Shown here: positions 52,907 through 62,495 of the stretch, one piece after another | Position numbering within the stretch: the stretch's first letter is position 1 | Layout: the number at the start of each line of letters is the position of its first letter | Source of the DNA: Flavicella sp. | Lineage (GTDB): Bacteria; Bacteroidota; Bacteroidia; Flavobacteriales; Flavobacteriaceae | DNA length: 64,000 nucleotides | Assembly (NCBI RefSeq): GCF_029238425.1 | Contig: NZ_JAQWGB010000106.1 | Coordinates: 9,910-73,909, forward strand | Reading direction: 5' to 3' | Made by a program: the position numbers and the translations under genes | The notes under the pieces: model-generated | Database searches by the model: none | What the model saw: the letters and a program-made list of their open reading frames with translations, nothing else | What the model was told of the DNA's origin: nothing

Positions 52907-53935
52907 TTATTTTAAAGGCATTTTGACTCTAAAGATATTGTTTTCATTTGATATTTTTATGCTTTTTTCCTTCAATAGCATATATCTTTTGTTAATATTA
53001 ACTAATCCCTGCCCGGTACTATCTACAAATGTACTTCTCGGTTGTATTTTATTCTCTACAATTAGAAAGTCATCATCATGAAATATTTTTACATGTAAAG
53101 GATTTCTATTAGATATTTCATTATGCTTCACAGCATTTTCAACTAATAATTGCAAAGCTAACACTGGAATTTGATACGACATAATTTCTTCATCCACCAA
53201 AACCTCAATAGAAAATTTATCTCTATATCTTGTTTTAATTAGAAATACATAACTATCAATAAACTTCAACTCCTCTCTTAACTCCACCAAATCTCTATTT
53301 CCACTTTGTAATATATATCGATACATATAAGAAAGTTGATTTACAAAATTCGTGGCTTCTTTATTTTCTCTAATTAAAGAATTTAAAGAATTTAGAGAAT
53401 TGAATAAAAAGTGAGGATTTATTTGATTTTTAAGTGCAGAAAGTTCATTTTGAAGATTCTGTTTAGCTAGTCGTTCTTTTTCTTGGATATCAGCCTCTCT
53501 ACGAGCCTTGTATATTAGATTTTTTGCCAAAGCAATAAGTCCTAACATCAAAATTACAAGAATAAAAATCAATAATTTTTCATCTCTCACATACAATTCA
53601 TGACCTGTGAAATCATCATAAAGATCAAAATAAAAAGAGGAACAAACGTATAGAATTAATCCATTTATTAAAATTGACGAGGTAATAAATAAATATTGAC
53701 CGAATTTTTTAAAATAAGTATCTAAGTTTGTGTTGTAAAGTAAAACCACATAAGAAAACCCAAACAAAAAGAACATTCTAAACACCACATCAATTGTTGA
53801 GGGAGGCGTTATATAAGAGTCTTTGGTGTATTTTAAGAAACCTATCAACTCTAACAACCTCGGTGAGTTTTGTAGTAAGCTCACCAAAAATGATATCAAT
53901 AATATCTCTCTCTGTTTTACCGCTTTAGTTTCCAA
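52907..53935 (-). CDS. LytS-type sensor histidine kinase (His_kinase/HATPase)
   Basis: 342 aa. An N-terminal TM sensor region, the H-box NPHFLFNSLNSL and the N-box LVENAVKHN. The start used by the track is TTG, so the exact start is uncertain. Confidence 0.85.
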   Translation of the reverse strand: METKAVKQREILLISFLVSLLQNSPRLLELIGFLKYTKDSYITPPSTIDVVFRMFFLFGFSYVVLLYNTNLDTYFKKFGQYLFITSSILINGLILYVCSSFYFDLYDDFTGHELYVRDEKLLIFILVILMLGLIALAKNLIYKARREADIQEKERLAKQNLQNELSALKNQINPHFLFNSLNSLNSLIRENKEATNFVNQLSYMYRYILQSGNRDLVELREELKFIDSYVFLIKTRYRDKFSIEVLVDEEIMSYQIPVLALQLLVENAVKHNEISNRNPLHVKIFHDDDFLIVENKIQPRSTFVDSTGQGLVNINKRYMLLKEKSIKISNENNIFRVKMPLK

Positions 53936-53974
53936 TAAAATATAATTAAATTAAAGTTAGAGGTTAGATTGTAA

Positions 53975-54076
53975 TCAAATTACTTTCACCAATATTGCTA
54001 AAATTACAAATACGAAATTAATTAGAACTACTGTTTTAATCAATTCTTTTCTAGTTACATCTTGAGCTATTTTCAT
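53975..54076 (-). CDS. Possible 33-aa small membrane protein upstream of the histidine kinase (speculative)
   Basis: My translation: MKIAQDVTRKELIKTVVLINFVFVILAILVKVI*. It has an ATG start and one predicted TM helix. Its stop codon ends 39 nt upstream of the kinase start. Confidence 0.2.
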   Translation of the reverse strand: MKIAQDVTRKELIKTVVLINFVFVILAILVKVI

Positions 54077-54189
54077 AATATATCCTTTTAGTTTTAGACT
54101 CTAAAAGTATATCAGAAACGTTCTTTAATGTTTATTATTACACTCAAGTGTAAAAAAACTTAAGTGAACCGTCAAATATCTTCAATGAA

Positions 54190-55206
54190 TTACTTGTCGT
54201 ATGTTGTAGAAACAACTTGTCCTTGTCTAAGTATAACAATACTTACCTTTTCGCCATCCTTCGTATTGATCAATCTTTCTTGAACCAACTCTAAAGAAGA
54301 ATGATCTAATATTTTTACTCCTGCAATTTCTAAAATAATATCTCCTCCTAGCAATAATTCTTGTCCTGCAATCACAACTGGTACAAATCCTCCCATTAAA
54401 CCAAGTTTCCCTGCTTTTCCTTGCGTAGAAACTTTGGTGATCAAAATCCCACCTTGTTGCGGTAAATTCAATAAAGCCGCAAGCTCTGGTGACAATACCA
54501 TCGACTCAAATCCTGACCAGTTTTCTCTGTTCGCAAGTATCTTGTTTGCTACATTCGAGGTAACGGCAAAACCAATCCCATCAAAACCACCTGAAACAGT
54601 ATATATTCGACTTGCAATTCCTACAATTTCACCTTTCATATTAAACATTGGCCCACCAGAATTTCCTGGGTTAATAGAGGCATCTGTTTGAAAGAAATCT
54701 ACCTTTTCAAACCTATTACTTAAATTTTCAGGAGAATATTTTCCGCTTATAATTCCTTTTGATAAGGATTGTTTGAATCCATGAGGAGCTCCAATAATAA
54801 AAACATTGTCACCTATTTGAACTTTATCGGAATCCCCTATTTTAGCAATATTTTTCTCTTTCAATTGAAAAGAATCTTTTACTTTAATCAGGGCTACATC
54901 TGCATTGGTATCAGAAGAAATAACTTCTGCTTCATATACATCTCCATCTGTAAATTCAACCGTGATTTTTTCAGAAGCCTGAATTACGTGAGCAGCGGTC
55001 CAAATCAATCCCTCCTCAGCAATCAATACACCAGATCCTAACGACTCTTCTTTTCTAACCTGTTGACTAAAAAGTACATCAGAATAGTCATAACTCTCTA
55101 TATTTATATAAACGACAGAACTGCTGACCTTTTTATATAATTTTGATAAATCTTGAGCTGAAATATTTAAGGAAACAAGAGCAAGTAAAAAAACAATTTT
55201 TTTCAT
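54190..55206 (-). CDS. S1C (HtrA/DegP-like) trypsin-fold serine protease with PDZ domain
   Basis: 338 aa. Signal peptide and catalytic contexts TAAHV, DVALIK and GNSGGPMF, followed by a C-terminal PDZ-like region. Confidence 0.88.
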   Translation of the reverse strand: MKKIVFLLALVSLNISAQDLSKLYKKVSSSVVYINIESYDYSDVLFSQQVRKEESLGSGVLIAEEGLIWTAAHVIQASEKITVEFTDGDVYEAEVISSDTNADVALIKVKDSFQLKEKNIAKIGDSDKVQIGDNVFIIGAPHGFKQSLSKGIISGKYSPENLSNRFEKVDFFQTDASINPGNSGGPMFNMKGEIVGIASRIYTVSGGFDGIGFAVTSNVANKILANRENWSGFESMVLSPELAALLNLPQQGGILITKVSTQGKAGKLGLMGGFVPVVIAGQELLLGGDIILEIAGVKILDHSSLELVQERLINTKDGEKVSIVILRQGQVVSTTYDK

Positions 55207-55314
55207 AATAATATCAATATGAGGATTTAGGTTAATTAAAATAAGTGGATGTTCCTCTTTTGCTAAAGTAATTAAAATTTGAAATTTTAATCACTTTTTC
55301 TTTAAGTAATAAAC

Positions 55315-55353
55315 ATAAAAAAAGGCTGTTAAATCAAATGATTAACAGCCTTT
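55315..55353 (-). terminator. Rho-independent terminator
   Basis: AAAGGCTGTTAA / TTAACAGCCTTT 12-bp stem. On the minus strand it is followed by a T-run. Confidence 0.75.
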
Positions 55354-55372
55354 CATAAATTATTTTAAACTT

Positions 55373-56059
55373 CTATTTCTTAAATAATTGCTTCACAACC
55401 GCTTTAGCGAAATCATCGGAAGTAGTTACCAAACTTTTAGGGTTATCAACCAATGAAGTTACCACGGCTAATAATTGTTCAGACTCAGGCAAAGACAAGT
55501 CATATAATAAAGTTTCTACCACAAATTCTTTCTCTGTAGAGGTGATTGCTGTAGAGCTTCCTCCACCAACATATCCCATATTCATATTGTGATAGTATCC
55601 AGTTCTATAACGTCCTGAATAATAACCATAACCACCGTAACCACCATATCCATAATAAGGATAAGCTGAAGGGTCTTCTGTTACATTAGTAACAACTGAT
55701 TCTTTGACAGATTTTACAGTTGTAACAATGGCAATATCAACTCCCATTTCATTCAATTTTTCACGAATTTGATTTACCTCCTCTGGTGTATGTTTCTCAT
55801 CTGGGGCTGCATCTGGGAAATTCACATAACTTGGAAGTACCTCAAATTCTGGTCCTTTCGCTTTGAATTGAGCCGCCATATCTTTTTCAAAACGCTGTCT
55901 AGCAACATTATCTTTTGATTTGAATACGATAATTACTTTTCCACCATCAATATTTTGAATTCTAGAATCCTTCCAAGCATCAGACACTTTAACTGTTGAA
56001 CAACTTACCATTGAAACAAGAACCAAAAGGATACTTGAGATTTTTACTATTGTTTTCAT
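55373..56059 (-). CDS. Lipoprotein with Gly/Tyr-rich low-complexity insert (function unknown)
   Basis: 228 aa from the ATG at 56059. Lipobox LVSMVSC. Internal stretch YPYYGYGGYGGYGYYSGRYRTGYYHN. Confidence 0.6.
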   Translation of the reverse strand: MKTIVKISSILLVLVSMVSCSTVKVSDAWKDSRIQNIDGGKVIIVFKSKDNVARQRFEKDMAAQFKAKGPEFEVLPSYVNFPDAAPDEKHTPEEVNQIREKLNEMGVDIAIVTTVKSVKESVVTNVTEDPSAYPYYGYGGYGGYGYYSGRYRTGYYHNMNMGYVGGGSSTAITSTEKEFVVETLLYDLSLPESEQLLAVVTSLVDNPKSLVTTSDDFAKAVVKQLFKK

Positions 56060-56189
56060 AAATTTTATTTTAATACGGTTTATAAAATGAGTTACCATCT
56101 TATTAATAGTGCACAATATATGCAATTTGGTTGAGATAAGACAAGCTACTCCTTCCTTATTTTAACATCATAAATCGGGCCAAATTTTT

Positions 56190-56882
56190 TCACTCCTTTT
56201 CTAATTTATTTTTTGATTGATTTAATTGGTTGATATACTTCCCTACCACAATTGCTGTGATAATAACATTATACATTTGGCCTATAAGCCCTATCAAAAC
56301 ACTCACTTTTTGAGCCAAAGTGGAAGCAGGAGTAATATCCCCATATCCTATAGAAAGTAATGTGATATAACTAAAATACATAAACTCATCATTGAAGGTA
56401 TCCCTGGAAAATGCTCCCTTAAAGGAAGCATGGAATGATCCTGGAACTGCTAACTCTATAGTCATACATAAAAAATACCCAATCAAACCAATGGATACAT
56501 ATCCACTAATCAACCCAAAAATAACATGTGATGATATTTTTTTAGCATCCCAAACTTGTTGCACAATTTCATAGGTTACAAACAAGTAAAACAGAAAATT
56601 AATAGCCATTCTAAGAAACACTATTTCCTCCTCATATTCATTGGTTAGTAATCTATACACCAATAAAAATCCACTAATCCCAATCAGTATTAAAAAAACA
56701 ATGAATTTTAGTCGCTTTTTAGACATCATAATCAAACCCGCAAAGATATTTATGAAAAACATTGCTGGCAACAACCACAGATCGAAAAAAGAATTCGAAA
56801 CTAAAATAGATCCGAACAGAATAAAAAATTGACTTAGAAAAAATATTTCAAATCTATAAGGATGCAGTTTTGAAAAATTCAT
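56190..56882 (-). CDS. Potassium channel family protein (pore-only, no cytoplasmic gating domain)
   Basis: 230 aa. About 6 TM segments. Selectivity filter TLLSIGYGDITP. Confidence 0.8.
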   Translation of the reverse strand: MNFSKLHPYRFEIFFLSQFFILFGSILVSNSFFDLWLLPAMFFINIFAGLIMMSKKRLKFIVFLILIGISGFLLVYRLLTNEYEEEIVFLRMAINFLFYLFVTYEIVQQVWDAKKISSHVIFGLISGYVSIGLIGYFLCMTIELAVPGSFHASFKGAFSRDTFNDEFMYFSYITLLSIGYGDITPASTLAQKVSVLIGLIGQMYNVIITAIVVGKYINQLNQSKNKLEKE

Positions 56883-56888
56883 AGCAGA

Positions 56889-58181
56889 TTAATTATTTAA
56901 AGCATTCAATTTCGCTTTTTGTAAAATTACAAATCCTGTAATAAAAAACAAGGTCATGCACAACATACTAATTCGCATGCTACCCGTTATTTGATCTATC
57001 AAACCATAACTAAAAGTTCCAATAACGATTCCCAGTTTTTCTGTTATATCATAAAAACTAAAAAAAGAAGCATGGTTGCTAGTATCTTTTGGGATTAGTT
57101 TTGAGTATGTTGATCTTGAAATGGATTGTATTCCCCCCATAACAAATCCTAAAAACATGGCCATGACATAAAATGGAATTTTAGAATTCAGAAAATAACC
57201 CGCAACACAAATAATCCCCCAAATAATTAAAGCCGTACTTATTGAAGTTCCATTTCCTTTTTTTCTTGACAACCAGGCAAAGAAATAACTCCCCCCTATG
57301 GCCACAATTTGAATGATTAATACTACTAAAATCATTTCGTCCGATTCCATTCCTATTACTTTATTCGCAAACAACGGAGCTAATAACATCACGGTTTGAA
57401 CTCCCATGCTAAAAATAAAAAAGGATACCAAATAGAAATTCATGCTAGGCATGGTTTTTACTTTTTTCAGCACTTGAAGAATTTGTTCTTTTCCTTTCCC
57501 TAAAATTTCTTTGGATATTGAATTGGTAGTCTCTTTGTCTTTTAAATAATAAAACGCTATTTGGGCAAACCCAAGCCACCAAACTCCGACCAAAATAAAC
57601 CCGAAACGAGTTGCTAATAACCCCGACTCAAAACCAAAAGACTCATAACTCTGAAACAAAACCAAATTCACTATCAACAAAATGACAGATCCTATATATC
57701 CGAGTGAAAACCCTTTTGCACTCACGGAATCCATTTTATCGACTGTGGCAACTTCTGGCAAAAAGCTGTTATAGAACACCAACGATCCCGCAAAACCTAC
57801 GCTACCTAAAACAGCACATAAGATTCCATACTCTACATTTTCTCCAGTAAAGAAATACAACCCCATACAGGCAAAAGATCCCAAATAGGTGAAAAATTTC
57901 ATGAAACGCTTCTTTTTACCAGAGTAATCTGCTATTCCAGAAAGTATCGGTGAAATAAATACAATTATTAAAAATGAAAACGAAATGGCATAGGAATACA
58001 AAACCGAATTTGAAATATTCATTCCAAAAAACAACAGTTCTTCTCCTTTAAAAAAATCTTCTGTAGTCCCTAAAAAGTACACTGGAAAGATTGCGGTAGT
58101 AATAATTAGGTTATACACTGAATTTGCCCAGTCAAAAGAAGCCCAAGCATTTATTAGTTTTTTATCGTTTTTTTGCAGCAT
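56889..58181 (-). CDS. MFS transporter (UMF1/Atg22-like)
   Basis: 430 aa, 12 TM segments. The N-terminus WASFDWANSVY is typical of the UMF1 family. Confidence 0.8.
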   Translation of the reverse strand: MLQKNDKKLINAWASFDWANSVYNLIITTAIFPVYFLGTTEDFFKGEELLFFGMNISNSVLYSYAISFSFLIIVFISPILSGIADYSGKKKRFMKFFTYLGSFACMGLYFFTGENVEYGILCAVLGSVGFAGSLVFYNSFLPEVATVDKMDSVSAKGFSLGYIGSVILLIVNLVLFQSYESFGFESGLLATRFGFILVGVWWLGFAQIAFYYLKDKETTNSISKEILGKGKEQILQVLKKVKTMPSMNFYLVSFFIFSMGVQTVMLLAPLFANKVIGMESDEMILVVLIIQIVAIGGSYFFAWLSRKKGNGTSISTALIIWGIICVAGYFLNSKIPFYVMAMFLGFVMGGIQSISRSTYSKLIPKDTSNHASFFSFYDITEKLGIVIGTFSYGLIDQITGSMRISMLCMTLFFITGFVILQKAKLNALNN

Positions 58182-58246
58182 CTTTTTTTAAATGAAGTTT
58201 TTGTAAATATAAACAACTCAACACAAGTTACTAAGCGGACCCATTT

Positions 58247-58888
58247 TTAATTCTTTTTTTCCAACATCGGAACGAATTTACACTCCCCTAACTCTTCTTT
58301 TTCAAAAGATTTCACTCCTGTTCTTTTATATAAATGCATAATTTGTGTGGTATCTCCCACAGGAATTACCAAAAGGCCACCAATTTTCAATTGAGCCAAT
58401 AAAGCCTTAGGAACAAAGGGTGCTCCAGCGGTAACGATTATTTTATCAAAAGGAGCATACTCCGGTAAACCTTTATAACCATCACCGAAAGACATATACT
58501 TAGGACGGTACCCCAATTTAGGTAAAAACATTTTGGTCTTCTTAAAAAGCTCATTCTGACGTTCAATGGTATATACTTCAGCTTTTAGTTCTAACAACAT
58601 TGCGGTTTGATAACCCGACCCTGTACCTATCTCCAAAACTTTATGACCTGGTTGAATCTCTAACAACTGAGATTGAAAAGCAACCGTGTAAGGTTGTGAA
58701 ATAGTTTGATCCGCTAGAATCGGAAACGCTTTATCTTGATAAGCAAAACTCTCAAAACTAGAATCCAAAAACAAGTGCCGTGGAATTTTAGTTATTGCCT
58801 CTAGTACGTTCTTTGCATATATGCCTTTTTCTTGCACAACTTTAGCTAATTGATTTCTAAGTCCTTGATGTTTGAGAGTATCCTTCAC
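58247..58888 (-). CDS. pcm: Protein-L-isoaspartate O-methyltransferase
   Basis: 213 aa. TISQPY motif, SAM motif VLEIGTGSGYQTA, and GGLLVIPVG. The start appears to be GTG. Confidence 0.92.
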   Translation of the reverse strand: MKDTLKHQGLRNQLAKVVQEKGIYAKNVLEAITKIPRHLFLDSSFESFAYQDKAFPILADQTISQPYTVAFQSQLLEIQPGHKVLEIGTGSGYQTAMLLELKAEVYTIERQNELFKKTKMFLPKLGYRPKYMSFGDGYKGLPEYAPFDKIIVTAGAPFVPKALLAQLKIGGLLVIPVGDTTQIMHLYKRTGVKSFEKEELGECKFVPMLEKKN

Positions 58889-59061
58889 GAAATGTTTTTA
58901 TTTAGGGGCTTAAAATTAGTAATTAATCCCTAAAGATTTTTATTTTTGTTTAAAATTACTCAAAGAATTCATTGAGCAATCATAGAAATTTAAATCGAAG
59001 ATTGTGGACTATTGATATCCAAGATATAAGCTAGCCACAGTTGAAAAAAGACGTATATAAT

Positions 59062-60021
59062 ATGCTAAAAGCAGGAGTGTTAGGTGCAGGTCATCTAGGA
59101 AAAATTCATTTAAGGTTATTACAGCAATCTGAAAAATACGAATTGGTTGGTTTTTATGATCCTATTAAAGAAAATGCTTCAGCAGTAGCGAAAGAATTTG
59201 GATATAAGGCTTTTGATACCATAGAAGATTTATTGGTTGAAGTTGATGTAGTTGATATTGTAACTCCTACATTGTCCCATTTTGATTGTGCTAAGCAAGC
59301 GCTTAAAAGCGGAAAACATATTTTTATTGAAAAACCTATCACTAAAACATACGAAGAAGCCGAGGAATTAAGGTCTCTAGCTAAAGAAAATAAAGTACGT
59401 GGACAAGTGGGACATGTGGAACGTTTTAACCCTGCCTTCACGGCAGTAAAAGATGCTATTCAGAATCCTATGTTTATTGAAACACATCGTTTGGCGGAAT
59501 TCAACCCTCGTGGTACGGATGTTCCTGTAGTGTTGGATTTGATGATACACGATATTGACATCATTTTAAGTGTCGTAAAATCAAAAGTAAAAACTATCAA
59601 TGCAAGTGGAATTTCTGTTATTTCACAGACTCCAGATATTGCAAATGCAAGAATTGAATTTGAAAATGGATGTGTTGCTAATTTAACGGCAAGTAGAATT
59701 TCCTTGAAAAACATGAGGAAATCTAGATTTTTTCAAAAAGACGCTTACATTTCAGTTGATTTCCTTGATAAGAAAAGTGAACTGGTTAAAATGAATGATG
59801 CACCAGAGAATCCAGATGAATTTGCGATGATTTTACAGAATGCTGAAGGGGTTAAAAAACAAATATATTTTGAAAACCCAACGGTAGAAGCAAACAATGC
59901 TATTTTAGATGAATTAGAATCTTTTGCAAATGCGATTGCCACAGATACCACACCAGTTGTGTCTTTAGGACAAGGAGCGGAAGCTTTGCAAGTTGCTTTA
60001 CAAATTATCGACTGTTTCTAA
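59062..60021 (+). CDS. Gfo/Idh/MocA family oxidoreductase
   Basis: 319 aa from the ATG at 59062. The Rossmann N-terminus GVLGAGHLGKIH and the EKP motif (IFIEKPIT). Confidence 0.85.
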   Translation: MLKAGVLGAGHLGKIHLRLLQQSEKYELVGFYDPIKENASAVAKEFGYKAFDTIEDLLVEVDVVDIVTPTLSHFDCAKQALKSGKHIFIEKPITKTYEEAEELRSLAKENKVRGQVGHVERFNPAFTAVKDAIQNPMFIETHRLAEFNPRGTDVPVVLDLMIHDIDIILSVVKSKVKTINASGISVISQTPDIANARIEFENGCVANLTASRISLKNMRKSRFFQKDAYISVDFLDKKSELVKMNDAPENPDEFAMILQNAEGVKKQIYFENPTVEANNAILDELESFANAIATDTTPVVSLGQGAEALQVALQIIDCF

Positions 60022-60463
60022 AACTATTTATTTGAAAGAAAATAATTCCATACAAGAATTAAGAAAAACAAAGTCTATCATTCTATTTGATGGACTGTGT
60101 AATTTTTGTGATCATTCGGTTCAATTTGTGATTAAAAGAGACCCAGATGATGAATTCTTATATGCCACCTTACAATCTAAATCTGGTAAGGAATTTTTAA
60201 AAAATCAAGATTCAGAAATTCAGAACATTGATAGTATTTTATTGGTGACGAATGAAAAGATTTATACAAAATCTTCTGCTGCCTTAAAAATTGCTTCAAA
60301 GTTGAGTGCCCATTGGTATTTATCAGGTATATTTTTTATTCTACCAAAACCTTTAAGAGATTCAGTTTATGATTTTATTGCTAAACGTAGGTATCAATGG
60401 TTTGGGAAATATGACAGTTGTAAGATTCCTACTTCTGAGCAAAGATCAAAATTCTTAGTTTGA
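59993..60463 (+). CDS. DCC-family thiol-disulfide oxidoreductase (DUF393)
   Basis: ILFDGLCNFCDHSVQFV carries the DxxCxxC motif. The start is uncertain: a TTG at 59993 overlaps the upstream gene, and an in-frame TTG at 60032 is an alternative. Confidence 0.75.
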   Translation: MLYKLSTVSKTIYLKENNSIQELRKTKSIILFDGLCNFCDHSVQFVIKRDPDDEFLYATLQSKSGKEFLKNQDSEIQNIDSILLVTNEKIYTKSSAALKIASKLSAHWYLSGIFFILPKPLRDSVYDFIAKRRYQWFGKYDSCKIPTSEQRSKFLV

Positions 60464-61789
60464 TTTAGAACCTGGGTAATTATCATCCCAATTTTTCACA
60501 ATTGGTTTCCCTAATTTCCCTTCAGATTTAGCAATCAACATCGCTACACAGGCATCACCTGTTACATTTACTGTAGTTCTAAGCATATCTAACGGTCGGT
60601 CCACAGCAAAAATAAGGGCCAAACCAATTGGTAACATATCTTTTGGGAATCCGATAGCATCTAACACTATAACAAGCATTACCATTCCTGCACCAGGGAC
60701 TGCCGCAGAACCAATTGAAGCCAACAATGCCGTAACAATTATTATCAATTGATTGGTAAACCCCAATCCTTCTGGCCAAAGAACTTGCATGATAAAAACA
60801 GCAGCAACAGCTTGGTACAAACTCGTTCCGTCCATATTAATCGTGGCACCCACGGGCAATACAAAGCTAGAAACCTCTTTATCAACCCCAATATGTTCCT
60901 CTACTCTTTCCATCGTTACGGGTAAAGTAGCAGCACTAGAACTTGTTGAAAAAGCTAACAATTGCGCTGGGGAGATTTGTTTTAAAAACCAAATAGGTGA
61001 TTTTTTTGTGTACACAGAAATAAAAAAAAGGTACAAACAAATCATTAATACCAAACCAAATACAACTACACCCGCATATTTCATCAATGCAATCAAAATA
61101 TTTACATCATTGGTACTTACTATAACGGTGGTTAGCAAAGACAATACTGCTACAGGAGCCAACAACATAATTAAGTCCACCATTTTAAGCACAACAGAAT
61201 TTAAAGAATCGAAAAACTTTTTCAAAGGTTTTGCTTCTTTTTCCGGAATAAGCAACATACTAATACCAATACAAATGGTAAAAAAGATGACTTGCAGCAT
61301 CATTTTGTTATTGCTCATTGCCTTGATAGCATTATCAGGAACCATGTCTACCACAAATTGAAGAGGTCCTTGATTTTGTTGATTTTCCGCTTCTGATATT
61401 CGTTCTTGAATCTTAGAACTAGAAGCATAGGTGTTCTTTAGATGAACAATAGTGCTTTGAGATATACCATCACCAGGCTTGAATAAATTAACCGAAGACA
61501 AACCAATACTAATAGCAAAAACTGTAGTGACAATGTATACCACAATTGTCTTGACCCCCATCGATTTAAATTTTGAAATATCTTTTAAATCTGAAATACC
61601 TTTTATAAGTGATGCCACTATCAAAGGCACCGCAATTAGTTTAAGCATTCTTACAAAAATCCTACCAATAGGATCTACCCAATCTTTAGCAAATTGTGGA
61701 CCTGCATCAAATTGCAGAAGAACAAATCCTAGAAAAATTCCTAAAACCATTCCAATAACAATTTTCCAATGCAACGCTAATTTCTTCAT
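60455..61789 (-). CDS. Dicarboxylate/amino acid:cation symporter (DAACS, GltP-like)
   Basis: 444 aa. Conserved DAACS segments (ATINMDGT, AVDRPLDMLRTTVNVTGD). Confidence 0.9.
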   Translation of the reverse strand: MKKLALHWKIVIGMVLGIFLGFVLLQFDAGPQFAKDWVDPIGRIFVRMLKLIAVPLIVASLIKGISDLKDISKFKSMGVKTIVVYIVTTVFAISIGLSSVNLFKPGDGISQSTIVHLKNTYASSSKIQERISEAENQQNQGPLQFVVDMVPDNAIKAMSNNKMMLQVIFFTICIGISMLLIPEKEAKPLKKFFDSLNSVVLKMVDLIMLLAPVAVLSLLTTVIVSTNDVNILIALMKYAGVVVFGLVLMICLYLFFISVYTKKSPIWFLKQISPAQLLAFSTSSSAATLPVTMERVEEHIGVDKEVSSFVLPVGATINMDGTSLYQAVAAVFIMQVLWPEGLGFTNQLIIIVTALLASIGSAAVPGAGMVMLVIVLDAIGFPKDMLPIGLALIFAVDRPLDMLRTTVNVTGDACVAMLIAKSEGKLGKPIVKNWDDNYPGSKSN

Positions 61790-61870
61790 AATGATAATCT
61801 CTTGAGGATTGCGGTAAGGTACTATTTATATTATACTAGATAAAGAGAAATTTAATGAAAATGAAAACCA

Positions 61871-62410
61871 TTAACTTAGTTCGGAAAAACGACCTTTTAC
61901 ACCATGAAAAAAGCGTTTTATAGTTTTCATATCTTGCTCAGCATCTGCTGTTAAGAAATATGGCTCATCAATCAATACTTGTTTGTTTTTAAAGTCAAGT
62001 GCTACTTTAACAACTGGTACATTTGCTTTTTTTGCAACATAATAATAACCCGTTTTCCAATTTTGAACTTTTTTGCGTGTTCCTTCAGGTGATATTCCTA
62101 ATTTGAAATTTTCATTTCTTTTGAACATATCCACCAACAAATCCACTGTATTATTGCTATGGGTTCTATCGATAGGAAATCCACCTAACCTGCGAAAAAA
62201 AAAACCTTGTGGATTCTTAAAAAGAATCTTTTTGCCAATAAAATTAATTTTAGCTTTTTTAATGGATCGAATTAATATACCCAATGGAAAATCCATCCAG
62301 CTAGTATGAGGAGCGGCAATAACTACATACTGCTTAATCTCACGAGGAAAATCTCCAATTATCTTCCATCTCAAAACAGTAAATAAAACGAACTTAGATA
62401 TTCTGTGCAT
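61871..62410 (-). CDS. PlsC-like 1-acyl-sn-glycerol-3-phosphate acyltransferase family protein
   Basis: 179 aa from the ATG at 62410. The HxxxxD-region variant APHTSWMD and the PEGTR motif. Confidence 0.8.
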   Translation of the reverse strand: MHRISKFVLFTVLRWKIIGDFPREIKQYVVIAAPHTSWMDFPLGILIRSIKKAKINFIGKKILFKNPQGFFFRRLGGFPIDRTHSNNTVDLLVDMFKRNENFKLGISPEGTRKKVQNWKTGYYYVAKKANVPVVKVALDFKNKQVLIDEPYFLTADAEQDMKTIKRFFHGVKGRFSELS

Positions 62411-62495
62411 AATATAAAGGTACAAAACATAACTTCAATGCAGCAAAACTTAATAAATTGTAAACAATTGTATATAAAACGTTTATTATTTAAAT

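Noticed and set aside
60753-61361. 202-aa + strand ORF inside the DAACS symporter gene
   Set aside because: It is antisense to a gene with clear DAACS motifs, and the translation has no recognisable features.
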